DNA of 54,937 bases, taken from contig KZ538667.1 of NCBI GenBank assembly GCA_000934665.2, positions 1-54,937 on the forward strand, in the 5' to 3' direction. Position 1 is the first letter of the stretch. Every line of letters starts with the position of its first letter. Shown here in pieces: positions 1 through 13,703 of the stretch. Under the pieces are notes generated by a model. The model made no database searches, was not told the origin of the DNA, and saw only the letters and a list, made by a program, of their open reading frames with translations. This DNA is from Catajapyx aquilonaris. Taxonomy: Eukaryota. A program made the translations under genes and the position numbers.

Positions 1-139
1 CATGTAAGGGGGTATCCATACTTGTCAGGATATACATCGTCGCTGGCCTTTTGACCCATGGGCCATATCATGGTTCTTTCATATGCACCCCATATAATTT
101 TGTCATATGAATTCATTTTCTGACGATGCAATTCAGTTA

Positions 140-534
140 TGGGTCTGTCAGACAGGCGTTCCGTTCGCTCGTCGCCCCGCTCGCTTCGCGCGCATGGGTC
201 ACACTGGCGAGCGTTGCGCTCCGCTGTGCCCTGGGGGCCTCGTCAGTCGAGGAAATTGGGGGATTTTGGGAATGACGCAGCGAGGCAGGACCCTCTCGCT
301 GCGTTCTCCTCCAGCGGCTCGTCGGGCTCCGATTGGCCGAGACCCTTTTCCCCCCAGCTGCCCACCCCAACCACCCCTGCCATCATGACCCACTTGTCCC
401 CCGAGGCGAGGTCGCCTTTCACTTCTCCTGCTAAACCCTACGACCGAGTCAGCGCATGTCTGACAAGTTTGGGCACAGCGATCGCAGCGACATTTTTCGG
501 GGCGAGCGAACGGAACGCCTGTGTGACAGACCCA
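140..534. mobile_element. PIF/Harbinger (Tourist-like) MITE
   Basis: About 33-bp TIRs: TGGGTCTGTCAGACAGGCGTTCCGTTCGCTCG at 140 and CGAGCGAACGGAACGCCTGTGTGACAGACCCA ending at 534 (1 mismatch). Flanked by a TTA duplication (137-139, 535-537). GC-rich non-coding interior. Confidence 0.9.
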
Positions 535-870
535 TTAGGCCGACATTTGATTTTATGCCGTACATTACGCAGCAATAATTCGAGTATAACCTATGAGTTT
601 AGAAATATTAATATTAGTAATCTGAAACCTCAAATAACTCTTATGAAGTGTTTGCAATTTTGATTGTTTTCCTTGTATTTTTTCCTTGTATTGAGACAAC
701 ACACCTCTGTATAAAATCAACACGTTTTTGTGCAAAAAATAACTTGTTTTGTATATTGCTAGACTAATTTAATGTGCATAGAACTCAATAGAGCTTCACT
801 CGAAGCTTTTCATTTTAAGCAAATACTCTGACCGCCTTGAAACGGAATGAATTTTTCATGAAACGAGCTG

Positions 871-950
871 TGGCTGTTTGAAAACAACCAGACCTAGTTC
901 TGGCTAGTTTGAAAACGACCATACCTATAGGTTTGGCTGTTTTGAAAGGT
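871..950. repeat. Three degenerate ~31-bp tandem units (TGGCT..TTTGAAA core)
   Basis: TGGCTGTTTGAAAAC at 871, TGGCTAGTTTGAAAAC at 901 and TGGCTGTTTTGAAAG at 934, with similar intervening sequence. Confidence 0.6.
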
Positions 951-3907
951 CAGGTCGTTTTTTTCAGCCAATGGCCGTTTAAGGGGTTTGAGCCTAACAT
1001 GCCATGATCATGAAAATCGATTTATTAGGGCAATAATATACGAGTTAAATAAATGAAATTAAAATCGCGCGTGCGCATGTACATGTGCAGTAAATAGCCT
1101 AGCATCGGCCTAGCATGGTTTTGAAAATATGCAATGTACAGTAGTCTCTCTCATGTTAACATCCTTACCAAAGCAAGAAGGGGCAAACAAACAGGTGCTG
1201 TGTCAAGAAAGAAGGCTCGAAAAATGTGGTTTTAAAGATTCAGTTGTGCGAAGCGTGTGGTAAGCCTGTTCCCATACAAGAGCACTTTTGGTCGACCCTT
1301 CTCAGCACGGGACTGTTCGGACAATATGCGAGGACCGACTTTTGGGGTAGAGTGTCGTCGGAGGGAAAAATAGGGAGGTAGAAGAGGGTGAGGGAGACAT
1401 ATTTTATCCCAATGGACCCATTAGACGTCGATTGCCTTTTGTGAACGCGCCCAGTTGGCTGCTAGGGGGGAAAATTGTGCTCAGGGCTTCTCACCCAAAG
1501 CCAACAAGCATCTGAGGGTGGTCCTTTGGTTTCCTTTTTCATTTGCCCCCAGGTCACTAGTTAGGTTCCGCACAAATCCACCGTGCAGGATGGCCAAACA
1601 TTCATCCCATAATACGCTTGACACCTGTGAAACCCTATTTCACCAGAGCTCCTGATTAGACTCGTAGAAAGAAGTGGTCGGGGTTTGGCTTTAATAGTGG
1701 AAGGCTTTAATAGCCTTCCAGCCACACACACGCTCACATACTGGCATGCCATTTCCAGTTCCCCTTTTCAAGCTCGTTAACGAAGGAGCCAATCCGTGTC
1801 ACATGTCATCGACGCCGTCTTTCATCAACTCGGAATATTTTGATGGCATCTGCAACTGGAATGCATTTATCAATTTCACATTTGATTTTTGCCTAGTTTG
1901 GTACCTTCAATCTGTCTCCCCTCTGTATAGCAGACAACTTCAATTAGGCATCAACATGAAAGGTAAGTCAAATTTTTAAACATCTATATAATGGTACCTC
2001 ATATATTTTGATCAGTATGTACGAGTAAGTTCATTACATTTCTGTCATTGTTTTTTTTATTCTTGTGACATATACAATCATCACCAATTAATGTGCATAA
2101 ACTTCTTTAGCCTTTTATATTTAACTAAGGATTTAAATCAACCATAGTGTCCCTTCCTTTAAATGTTAATAATTTTCTCAACTAATCGCCATCAGTGATG
2201 TCCAGGTGTATGTGATATTGATACACTGATAGAACAGGTTCTTCGTTAAATATTCTCGCGAATAAGTTGATATTGCATTTCACTCTAAACACGTAAAGAG
2301 TGCTGAAAAGGTCAATTAGGAGATATTTGGTGTGCATTTGGCGGACGGTAGACAGGCAACTCCGGTGAGTCAGTTTTTTGGTAGTCCCTGGCCAGAGAAA
2401 ATGGCAGTGTCTCGGTCATTAGCGCTAATTCGGAGTCGCGCCACACTAATTGGCACCCCGCCATCTTTTTTACAACCCCTGCCATCTGTCGTCGGAGCTG
2501 ATTGTGGTCCTTAACTTTCCAACCCTTTTCCCTAGTGTGTGATTCTTGCCCCCTGCGTATCGATATACGATGGATAAATTACTTCAGCCTGGTCTGTTTT
2601 AATCACCGTAACCTATATTCACGCTCAAATTACGGTTTCCAGATGAATCAGCCGCGGGATTTAATTAAATATCATGTTAGCATTCTGTACTTGTATTTTG
2701 TAAAACATTGGGAGTTATATACGAAATATTTCACTTTGTTGATGAAACTTGTGTCGATTAGATTAATTAATAATGTGTTATTTTATACAATTTCTAACTG
2801 CATAATAACTAGCCTACTATAAAACTATAATAAAAGTCAGCAATGTTTCCATCGGTTTCCACGTATTATTTTGTCAGTATCCAACCATGTAAAAATTAGA
2901 CACTAATAAATGATGCAGTTGTTTCTGAACTATTGCGACTAATTCTGGTGATCTAAAATAAGTAATATTTAAGAACACTTTAAGATAACTGATCTAATAC
3001 AGTTTACAAAACACTCACATTCTAGCTCCTACAGCGTGAATGAAATGCAAGTACCACACATATGTTCCCAGCTGAAAATTGATGGGGTGACTCAGATTTC
3101 TTTCCGACCCGAAAGACAAATGTGTGAGAATTTGTCAAGAATGCTACCATAATATTCACGTCGATGAAGAGCTCGTGTGGAGAAGTGACTCCGCCTTCAG
3201 GAAAAATTACTGCTTGACATATCTCAAGCTCAGGCATCTAGGGAGAGAGGACGGAAGGAGCGAGTGTGGGGTGAATGTGGGTGGATCTTGTAGGAAAGGT
3301 ATGTCTCCAAGAGTTGTGTGTGCTCCTACGTCGTCTGTTGTGTGTCTCCGCAAATAGCTTGAATGCTGAGACGATTTTGTCGTTCAGGATGTGAAGAATG
3401 GTCACCGCTAAACTCTCATGAAGGGTCGTGTCTTTGCCAACTGCCCAGGTGTCAACTCGAATTAGTCAAGTGCTGAAAGGAGTCGATTAAGGAATCTGCG
3501 TCACTCTTCCCACTAACAAATACCTACCCTGCTAGAGTATTTATGTAAATTTTTATACACTGCTGTTTTTTTTTTTTTACTTGAGTAATAGTGAAGAGGG
3601 GTGTGCCAGACAACTTGAGAATGTGAGCTCACCCATTACAAAATGAAATTTCAGTCTTTATTGTCATAGTTTCTTGTTTAGTACAGGATACAGATGTATT
3701 ATTAATTCAGACACATTATATGCATGAATGGTCATTACGAGGGTTGTAAATATGGCTCCCAACGGCTCCCAAACTACACATAATTTTTATTACAGGGTGC
3801 AATATGTTTTCATAGACAAAAACTCATCATAAAATCAAATACAGGAAATACGCTTCTAATCCCTGGTAATACCTACCAAATCTACGAACGATATGGCGAA
3901 CAATTAA

Positions 3908-4416
3908 CCCTTTCATTCCCACTGTAGCCATATGGCAACAATTAATCTGGCGGCAAAGCGTTCGCATGCAGAAGGCAAACTTTGTGGGTCAAACTTCTTG
4001 TGGCATCTAGTGGATGGTGACTCAGCACCCACAAAGTCGGATTGTTATATTTTGCTCGCGCCCTTGAAAGGTAAACAACCCCCCACCCGGCCGCGTAATT
4101 ACAGGGTGTCCCATAAGTCTGGACTCTTAGGAATTTCTCATAGTGCAGTGTTTTAGTATTATTTTGCAACCATCGTAACAATTTTATAGTGATTTTAAAA
4201 ATTTAAATTAATTTAATTGCATTTAAAGTTAATTGCCTTTAAATTTTTTTCTGGAACACCCAGTAGGGGAATGTTTTCGGCATTTTTACATTCCAAAGGA
4301 CCACCACGAGTAAAAATGATAAATATTGAGGAACATTGTTTTTCATTATATCACTCCTACTACAAATTTTTTTCAAAAAGAGAAGAAACGGCCCAAAAAA
4401 TTCAGGAATGAAAGGG
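3908..4416. mobile_element. piggyBac-like non-autonomous element (MITE)
   Basis: TTAA target duplication (3904-3907, 4417-4420). Perfect 12-bp TIR CCCTTTCATTCC / GGAATGAAAGGG. A related copy lies in reverse orientation at 51195-51630. Confidence 0.9.
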
Positions 4417-7400
4417 TTAACGGGTTTTTTAACTGTACACACAAAATGGACACAAACCCTCGACACAGAACCACTTGTCATATGGCATGTAAAAATTGTC
4501 AACCACTCGCCAGCGTATTTTATTAAAAATGACACAAATATGTTTGCTGTGTGTACATGTGAAATACAGTATGATACGCTGCACATCCTAATATTCCCAG
4601 ACAATATTCACCCAGTAACTGGATATTTATAGAAATCATATACCGGTATTGCATTAAAAGTTCACATTCACGTCTACATGTGAAAATAAACTTTCAAACG
4701 TCTGGAAATATCAAATCAAAGCTTAGAAGACATTTGAGGGGTCTGATATCGAAAACGGCCAAGTATACACTTGGAACAGACTTGGAAACACTGGTCGTAG
4801 AATGAGCAAAAACGGATGATTACTTAACTTTTACTGGTACAAGTACAATCTTGAAGCTTTTTACCTCCATATGTTGCCGCAGTTCAACTACATACGTGCA
4901 AATGTGCAATTCATACCCAATGACATTAAAATACATAATTTCTGTGCAATAGTGGGGTTTAAAAAATCTCAGGCCCTTACTTTTTCCGTATTTTTCAGCT
5001 GATTGAAAAGATCATCAAGTAGCTAACAGGGTCGTCAAGGGAATATTACTTCTGCACGACAAAATCAGGAATTAGTCGTACTGAAAATATTAATGAACCC
5101 GAGAAAACAACTCAAGCCTAAAAACAACAAAGGAAAAGCTTAAACAGACAGTTCAAAGGTAAACACCCCATTAATGTAATTACTAGCTATACACTTCTTT
5201 GATTGCGTGAAATAGAACCCTCAAAAGACAACTCCTAATGGGCTAACCGAAGGTTCCTTTGTTGCAGTAAAGCTCGTCGTGTCCGGAAACCTTAACAAGG
5301 CATCATCCTCATTATAGTATAGTGTTGAAAATTTCCTTACAGTAATGTGCCAGAAAGTGTAGAAAGAAAGGTTGCTAACCTCGTTGCTAAGGTATAAGAT
5401 ATCAAGTTAAATCGGTTTATAGAGTGTCTATTGGGACTTGTAAATCCCAAAAATTACACACCAATACTCTCCACGAATATGACTGAACCCCATAAACTCC
5501 TTCGACAAGTATAATTATAACAGAAAAACATTTTGCAAATAGGTGTCTCCAATCCTGATAACCCAGCCTTCTAGAGACCATTCATTCTGACTATATCGGC
5601 TGACTGCAAGCCATATAATGACAAGAGAACAGCCGGCTTCTGACAGACTTATGAGGCGTGAAAACGGATCAACCCCCCGCACCCTCCATCTATTTCTTTT
5701 TTCTTTTTTTTCCTACCTCACTTCCACCCTCTTTTTTGGCACAGAACGAAATGAGTCTGAATGGGAGTGGGAAGGACAGCTCCCAAAAGCAGGGTCATGC
5801 CCAGGCGTGGGATCAGAAAAAACTGGGGCAGGGCTGAGGCAGTGCGGAGGCAGGGCAGGGGCGGGTCATGGGGCGGACAGAACCTCTCTTCTTACCCACC
5901 ACGAATCGAATTGAAATCAAACATTTACAGAAAGCTTTGCATGCAGGTGCATCTCAATGCGACAAGGCATGTACAAATATGGGACAAACTCATATATATT
6001 GGAACATGATTTTGTGAGAAATATATTTAATAAATTAATATGGTAATGATAATTACTCATATTTAAATCAAAATATATGCAGATTAGAGCTTGCACAATT
6101 CTAATATCATTTTATAACTCTGGATGGCAAAACAATTTGTAAATATGTGATTTAGAATGGTCTGAATGCAACTTTTTGGCAGTTGCCATGATGGGGTACG
6201 ATTATAATATTTTTTTTGGTGGTGGCGCAGTTGACGTCGACGCTAGCGACGCCTTCCCCTAGGGGCGTTTCAGGCGCATTGTGCGTGCGGGGTCCAGTCG
6301 TTTGTCAACGTCAGTCCCTGCTGCCCCGGCCTCAAGTGGGCCTTTCAACTTCGCCTTTTGCCTTTCCAGACCCATCCATCTGCCACCAGCCTCTTTCTAT
6401 CCTCCCCCTCTCTCTCCCTTTCCTCCCCACCTTTTCTCCCAACCCAGTAAAACCCACCCTTTCTTCTCTCCAATATCTGCACATGTCCATAAAAACTTAT
6501 TTTAAAATTCGCGCAGGTGAAACGGTGTGCCCACCATTCATGAAATTCTACATATCCTTCTCTTTCTTTCTCCCCCCCTCTGAAAATTTCTTGGTCTTCT
6601 TCCCCTGTCGTCACGAAATTTGTAAGTTGCATGGTAAAGAATAGCACGAACATGACAGTACCAATTTTTGAAAGTGTTGTTGCATGTGGCGTCACTTGGG
6701 TGAGACAGTCCTGACCAGAACTCACACACCTTTATTAAAATCAAAACATCAAACAAGGCAAGGGGGACTCCAACGCCAAAAAATTACAGCCTTCAACCTA
6801 ATTAGGACCGGACGCTAACTCTTTGATCCCGGCATTAGAAATCCTTCCAGATATGTTATTATTATCCATCATTCTCTTTTAGTTTCAGAGAGTTTTTTCG
6901 ACTTTACTAAAAAAATGTTTTATTGAATCAGATATGATTTTAATGTAAAATATCGATGGATTCTCTAATGTGACTCTAAATTAGACACAGTGTATGCTAA
7001 TTTTAGGAATATATTACATGGGCAATGAGTACAAAAAAAAAAGGTACAGTGCTCGAAGGAGGCGGGTAGCAGCGGTGCGACACCACGTGGATCCGGGTTG
7101 GAACCAGAGCCTGAATGAATAGCATGCGTTGGTCACGGGCCACCCATCCGGGGGCTTCCAGATGGTTATGACACTCGCCGACACAATGCCAACATTTATT
7201 CCTTCATTGGTTCCACCGCGGGATTCCAAAAGTAGGGTTCGGCAAGGAGGGTGTGGGGAACTAGAAATGCGGACAACTGCGATCCATACATTTCAGTAGC
7301 CATTTTGCTACCCGGGCCACTTTGTTCCGCTCAGTGACAGTGTCGAGGGTGAACCCCAACCCATCTGGTCATGTACTTTGCAGTGAGGATGGGTACGCAA

Positions 7401-9719
7401 AACCTGTATTGTAAGGACTGTGTGCTCATTTTCTTGCGGAGTTAGGCCAGAAAAAAAATAAAATTTTATCGAATCACAATACACCTGATTACATTTTATG
7501 CCAAAACATACATAAGTTACATAATATTAAAATAGCTTATGGTTACTGTGATGGCATATTATATTAATTAATTATATTGAGCAATAAACCGTATATGAAG
7601 CAAGTGCCATACATGCCGTGCAAAGGCCATTTCATACGATTTATTATATTGCCTTCCCTCGTGGAAAACACCTCAAACGGAACTATTTTGGGTTGTTGGG
7701 CGGGGCAGAAGGATGCGAAGAGTTACGAGTGGCCTCCTCCTTCTCCTAGTTGATTTTGTTCCCCCGCCAAGGACTCGGAATAAATATGGGAATAATTACG
7801 CTACAAATGGGTTGTGAACGCCGACACGGACCATTCGAAACGTGACCCAACTCTTTTTTTTTATTTTTACAAGATTTGTTTTAGAACCATGATGTTGCCA
7901 AGTTTCATGGACTAAATATCGTTAATTTTAATGTTACATTAGATGTAATTACAACAAGTAAAATTGTCATACGAAATGAAAGAGAAAAATGTTGCTGTAA
8001 TATAAATTGTGCCGTGTACTCACAAAACACTACATCCAAAGAAGCTTTTTCCATTGTGACCGGACGATTAGTTGCCAAAAGCAAACAAGTCTTCTCCCTC
8101 TCAATATTCCACCAGTAATTGCTTGCTAGTAAATTCTGGGGAGATAATTGCATTACAGGTTTGGTATTGTGTGGTTTATACGCCTAGCAATTTTTTAGAT
8201 GGGTTTATGACCCCCCCTGGTTAATGTTAATTCATTATAATGTTTGCCATTTTAATTTATTTGCCTCACCTTTTGACATTTTCGAAATAATAATTTTCTC
8301 CAAGTTGCAGTTTCGCAACTGCATGACTTACAAGACACAAGAGTACGAAGAGCACACTTGTTAATTGTGCTTTTTAAACTAATTGTATGCATACATAATA
8401 GGTACCGCAATTACTGTTCTATAGGAAAGTACTTAGAAACTTCTTTCATTTTCATTTAGAAAGTTTATAGCACGACACCTCCAGAAATATTGGAAACCAG
8501 TATTGGTTCTAAAGCTGGATCATGATGTAACTTATTTGTCAGTGTCACTACTTTTATTAAAAGTTACACGTGTAATTTGCGTGACTCTTTAAATGTGTGT
8601 AGAGTAGGCCTAACACGGTAGCAGCAGGTCAGCAATGCACTGACAACCAAATAATAAATGCCAGTAAATTTAAGTTAACTTGTCGGCGGAAGAGTAAAGT
8701 CGTATGATGAGTAGGGTTTGTCTGAGATTGGTTTCTGGCCGGGAAATAACTGATCCATATCTCAAGGTGTAGGCCTGGCTTGGGTCTCGATTTATGAGCG
8801 TAAGAAGTGAGTAAATTTTTCCCCGGGGCTCCCATTTTACAGGGCCTAGGCCCTGGAGTCCTTAGACTGTCTAGAAGCTTCGTTCTCTCGGTAGCAGTTT
8901 ATATTTATGGACGGACTTAATGCTAGCTTCCTTTTGTCGTTGCAAGTCTTGGAAGATATCATGTACCCGTATAGCTCTTTCATGTTAACTGGTGCCAAGG
9001 ACAAGTATTATATTATTGAGCACATCAGTTAGAGCTCCAGGACTACTATTCTTATGGGGGTCATCATAAATTATACTGTATATACGTATGCACGCAGTTA
9101 CATTCCCGCTCTTAATTTTCAACAAAAATTATTATTAATCCCTAATGTTTACCTAACAATTAATGACAACTACTATGAGCCGTTTTTAACCTTTGTTACG
9201 CAACTCTCAAGTGACATTTCATAATGCATAAATAATAAAATTGTATGATTGGAAGCATCTGCAAAGTGTATAAGATGATAATGTTATATCATGCAGCGTA
9301 TGACCCTGGTATGACTTAAGAATTTCGCAAAAATTGCTTATGTTATTAGGGTAGGGTACTTTTGAATACCGATAGTGCACACCGGTATAATAGGGACCTT
9401 TTACTGATAAATAGGAATGTTATATTTTATGCTGAAACCGGAGGTAAAGTCTCGGGTAAAGTACCGTTATGTTCTCTCAGTAAAACTGGAATATTTTTTA
9501 CAAAGTGGCTCGATATTGGTGGCATTTTCACCTTTATACCATTAAAAACACACACACATTAGGTTGTGTCTGGAACACAAGCCGCAGCTTTTGACGCGAA
9601 TACTTCTTTAAAGTCGGATCACTATTGGGGGGAGTGAATTTATTGCTTATTATCGGTATTGAAGTCTGGACACATGCATGGTAATCCTATAAAATCTGGA
9701 TATTCAGGGTGACCCTCCT

Positions 9720-9975
9720 AAGAATTTCCCTGCATGCCCCCCTGCATGCCCCCGTCATGGACCCCATGGCAGGCCCCCCTGGCATGGTCCTGACTATAAC
9801 ACTCATGTACGCCACTTCGGATATAGTAGACTCGGTTATAATAGACTGTAACGCTCAAGTTTGCCTCCATGCCCCCTGTGCAGATCCGAACGTAGCCCTG
9901 CCATGGGCCCCCTGGCGGCCCCCTCTCAGGGTCTGACTGTAACGCTCGAGTTTGCCTGCCCCCCCCNCCCCCCGC
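9720..9975. repeat. C-rich degenerate tandem repeat, probably TE-internal
   Basis: GACTGTAACGCTC(A/G)AGTTTGCCT at 9844 and 9935, a weaker copy GACTATAACACTC at 9792, and repeated CATGCCCCC / CCATGG motifs. Confidence 0.55.
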
Positions 9976-10435
9976 TATACGGACCCGATTTTAAAGACGT
10001 ATTCACGTCAAAAACTGTCTATTACAAGAATTCCACAATAATTGGGGCAAATATGTCGGTTTTTGCAAAGTCTGAAGAAATTATTATACACAAAAGGCTG
10101 ATTACTTTTGACTGTACGGTTTGTTTTAACGGTATTTAGTACAGTAGCCTACGAAGTCTATATTCTTCTACATCTACACATATTGCAGAAACTGCCTGTG
10201 TACGTTTGTCAGCTTCACTTTCAGACTGGCTAAAGACCTTGAAGTTGGCACAGTGATGGCTGACATGTCACAATGTGTTAGATAAGTCAGAAAACCTCAA
10301 ACCTTTGGTGATTGGAGTAGTTATTGACGGATTTCCCCCAGGCCTGGGCTCTATACAGCAGTGCAGAATCAGGGGTTCTTGGCATGGCCACCATGGAATT
10401 GTGACACAACCACGATATAGCGACTTGTCTTCACT

Positions 10436-10732
10436 AAGGTGTGGGGACGTGAAAATTCTACTTTTCGAAGCTACTCTAAACTAACCTAACCTACCCTACC
10501 CTACCCTACCCTATCCTAACTAACCTAGGCTGATAAAAATTGACTTTTGTGAAACCCTACAAATGAAAATAGTGGGGACATGTCCCACTAATTTCGACAT
10601 GTCCCCACTGTAATAGTATACACATCGCGCATGAAAACTCTGTGAGGACCGACAAATGTCCCCGCAATTCGAACTGTGGGAACAGACGTCCCCACAGCTT
10701 CAGTAAAAGCAAAAACGTCCGTCCCCAGACCT
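10436..10732 (+). mobile_element. Non-autonomous element with subterminal inverted repeats and an (AACCT/ACCCT)n tract (Helentron/HINE-like or MITE), copy 1
   Basis: TGTGGGGACGTG at 10440 is inverted to ACGTCCCCACAG at 10686. Contains the palindrome TAGTGGGGACATGTCCCACTA and a CTAAC/CTACC pentamer run at 10480-10527. A second copy is inverted at 21189-21440. Confidence 0.75.
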
Positions 10733-10792
10733 CATTGAAGACATAAATATCGATACACACCATTACTAATACACACAGTACTGTATGTAGTT

Positions 10793-10843
<51 letters not shown>
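10793..10843. repeat. (GTA)17 microsatellite
   Basis: Perfect trinucleotide run. Confidence 0.97.
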
Positions 10844-13703
10844 TACACTACACGGAATATCGATGTGGCAGAATGGGGTGGGGGTCAGTAGTTAAAGAAG
10901 ATGCCCATTTATTTGTGAGAAGTCTTGACAATTTTCATCCAATAAAAGAACAATTATTTTCAAGCAAAATGTGACACTGCCCGACCTGTAACGACAGAGC
11001 TGTATTTAGTGGAATGTATATCGTTTCAAGTTAGACAATTTTGTCAACAACATCGGTAATTCCCTACTTGGCGACTAATATGGCTATTTACAATCAACCT
11101 GTAACTCCTATAGCATTAGCACCCGAATACTTTTGTTATCCAATATAAAAAACGGTGCAAAAGTACAGTAACTGTGCGCTGTGTGACTGCTGACTCCAAC
11201 TGGCCCAATATGTGATGAACTGACGAGAATTTTGTTACGATTGTAAAGGGCTATGATAGAGCTAAACAACGGTATTTCACAACCAATGTTCCAACCAGAT
11301 ATCGCCTATATAGCTCAGACCATGAAAAGGAACATGCTCTTCCGCTATAACCGACTACAACACTTTTGAAGTCTTATATAGTATATCAAGAATTCGCTTT
11401 CCTCTGTGACTGATTGTAACGAGTTGATTTCAAAAATCGTCACAAAAATTGAGTCAGGCATGTATTCTGCGAATTGAACATTCTCGGTCCAAGTATAGGC
11501 GCACGTCAGATATATCAGTAAGGGGCCTGGCGATTTCGAAGGTGATTATGGGTGCATGTGCGTGGGTCATTCTAAATTTACTCGCACTTTTCCACTTTTT
11601 TCCGCAGTAATTTTATTTTGTTACATTTCAGTCACAATATATTCAGGTGCTTAAAACAAAAGTGGTCCAAGTCCAAAAAAAATTAAGATACGAAAATTGT
11701 CCTGAAATGCTCCATGGCGTAGGCAATTCTTCTTGGAGCATAAATAAGATTATGCCAACTATTGGCCAAATGTCCAACTTATGACACACTAATTTTGCAC
11801 CAAGTTCAAGTATAGCCTTCTGAGCGTGACATCGTATTTCGAAAGTGGAAAAAATGGACTCGGGCAAGGACCTCAATTAAATTACATTCTGCACTATGCA
11901 ACAAAAATTAACTATTTGTTCTGTCCATGAAAATTCAGCGCTGTTTCCATGTTTCTTAGGTCAATCGTAACTGATATTGACAATTCATTTTGTCTAGAAT
12001 TTGTTTTTGACCTCGGACCAGTCAAAAAAACAAGCTGTTCAAAATGTAGCTGATGCAAGAGCTGATGGGTCATTCCAAATCAAGTGGCTCGAAGTCGCTC
12101 GAAGTGTTGTTAGACAATCTCGGATTTTGATGAAAACATCACAGCTGTATACACACCTATATGCCATAACAGTGAATATCAAGTTTCAGCCAAATTGAGA
12201 AATACCGTGGAAGTAAAATATCACGAAATTTTGGAAATGAGACCTTTTTTGAATAATTTTCTACGGTTAGTGGAAGTTGTCAAAACCCAATCAATATACA
12301 GTATATTTCAAATGAAAGAGAAAGACGAGGAGAAATGCAGCTTTGTAATTTGTATTCCTCGAAAATGTACCCAGAAGCACGCGTGATATTCAATTGGCAC
12401 ATGCTCATCAGTCATCACTCGTCCAAGTACCCCAACAATATTAGTTATGTATTTGCGTAAGATATACCGTACCATTAATTATCACGTGAAACAAAAATAT
12501 CTGAAAGCAGAGCTAAATGTTAGTTATGCAGACCAGCCGAGAAACCAGCAGACCTTTAGAACACGTGCAGGTGTATCTGTAACTTAACCTCCGTTTTAAA
12601 AGGGAAAACGTGGGGAAAACATGTTTTTGTTATTTGTTTTCCATTCACGATAAAGGCGCTGATTTTCCCCATTCTTTACCTTGTGGCAGCCGAGGTGGCA
12701 TAATTTATTTTTGGGTCCCATTATGAAAAAAAATGTCACAGTTGTGGTAAGATTGGCCTAATTAGGCCTATCATACCCTGGCTGTAATACACAGTAAGCC
12801 CTGTTACAGTTTATAACCTTTCGTACTGTTCTCTAATACCTGTCTGTAGGTGGTAACATGTTACATTCACTATGTAAAAAATCTTTTTTGAAGGCAGGAT
12901 TGGTTTTAACTGAAATTATTCGTCAAATTTCCTGATAGACGTACACCTAATGTCCAAATCTACACTGGTGAGTTTTGTAGCTTTTCCTAAATCTCATCAA
13001 AAAAGCTATAAAAATCGCTAACAGAGCTTACATGCATCTGCAAAATAATATCAGAACCTAACTGTACTTGAAGTTCACATTACATGGGCTCCAAAATGTG
13101 TACTGCGTTTGATCCCTCCTGACCTTCACTTATGTCCAGTGTTGTCCCTCTCGGTGGCCCCACATGTGATAAGAATGGAAAACTGCGCAAGTGGTAACAG
13201 ATCGTAACAGATGTAACACAAACCCCGGACACAACTATTTCAGCAAAAAATGTATACAGGAAAGGGATTTCTAGAATATATACTGTCTTTGTAATAGCAT
13301 GTTTACCATAGTGTTTGCTATTGTGACAAAATGCTTAAAGAGGAGAAAATTACGGGCATGCCTGGAATTGAATGAATGAAAAAATCAGGAAAAAATAGAG
13401 TGTTATTATGCATGTGATTTGGGGTCTTCTCGGGTCTTCTCTTTGCCTGGTGTCCCAACGCCTATGATACACGGATTGCCTGGCCAGCCGGATAATAAAT
13501 TATGCTGTACCTATTGTGCCACCTAACACAACTTACTATAGCAATCAATGAGCCACTGCATCACGACTTTTTATATGAATAGATAGTCAGCAATGTGAAG
13601 AAAAACCAAATCAATTATTCCACAGCGACAGAATGGTGAGACTACCAGCGGTGGTCACAGCATACAGTGGTTGGACAAAATAATAGGAACAAATGCAAAA
13701 AGT

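Noticed and set aside
107..663. Overlapping ORFs of 64-174 aa
   Set aside because: They lie largely within a GC-rich MITE and have no protein-like features.
871..950. CRISPR-like repeats ending in GAAAAC
   Set aside because: There are only three degenerate units, the 'spacers' are short and similar to each other, there are no cas genes, and the context is eukaryotic.
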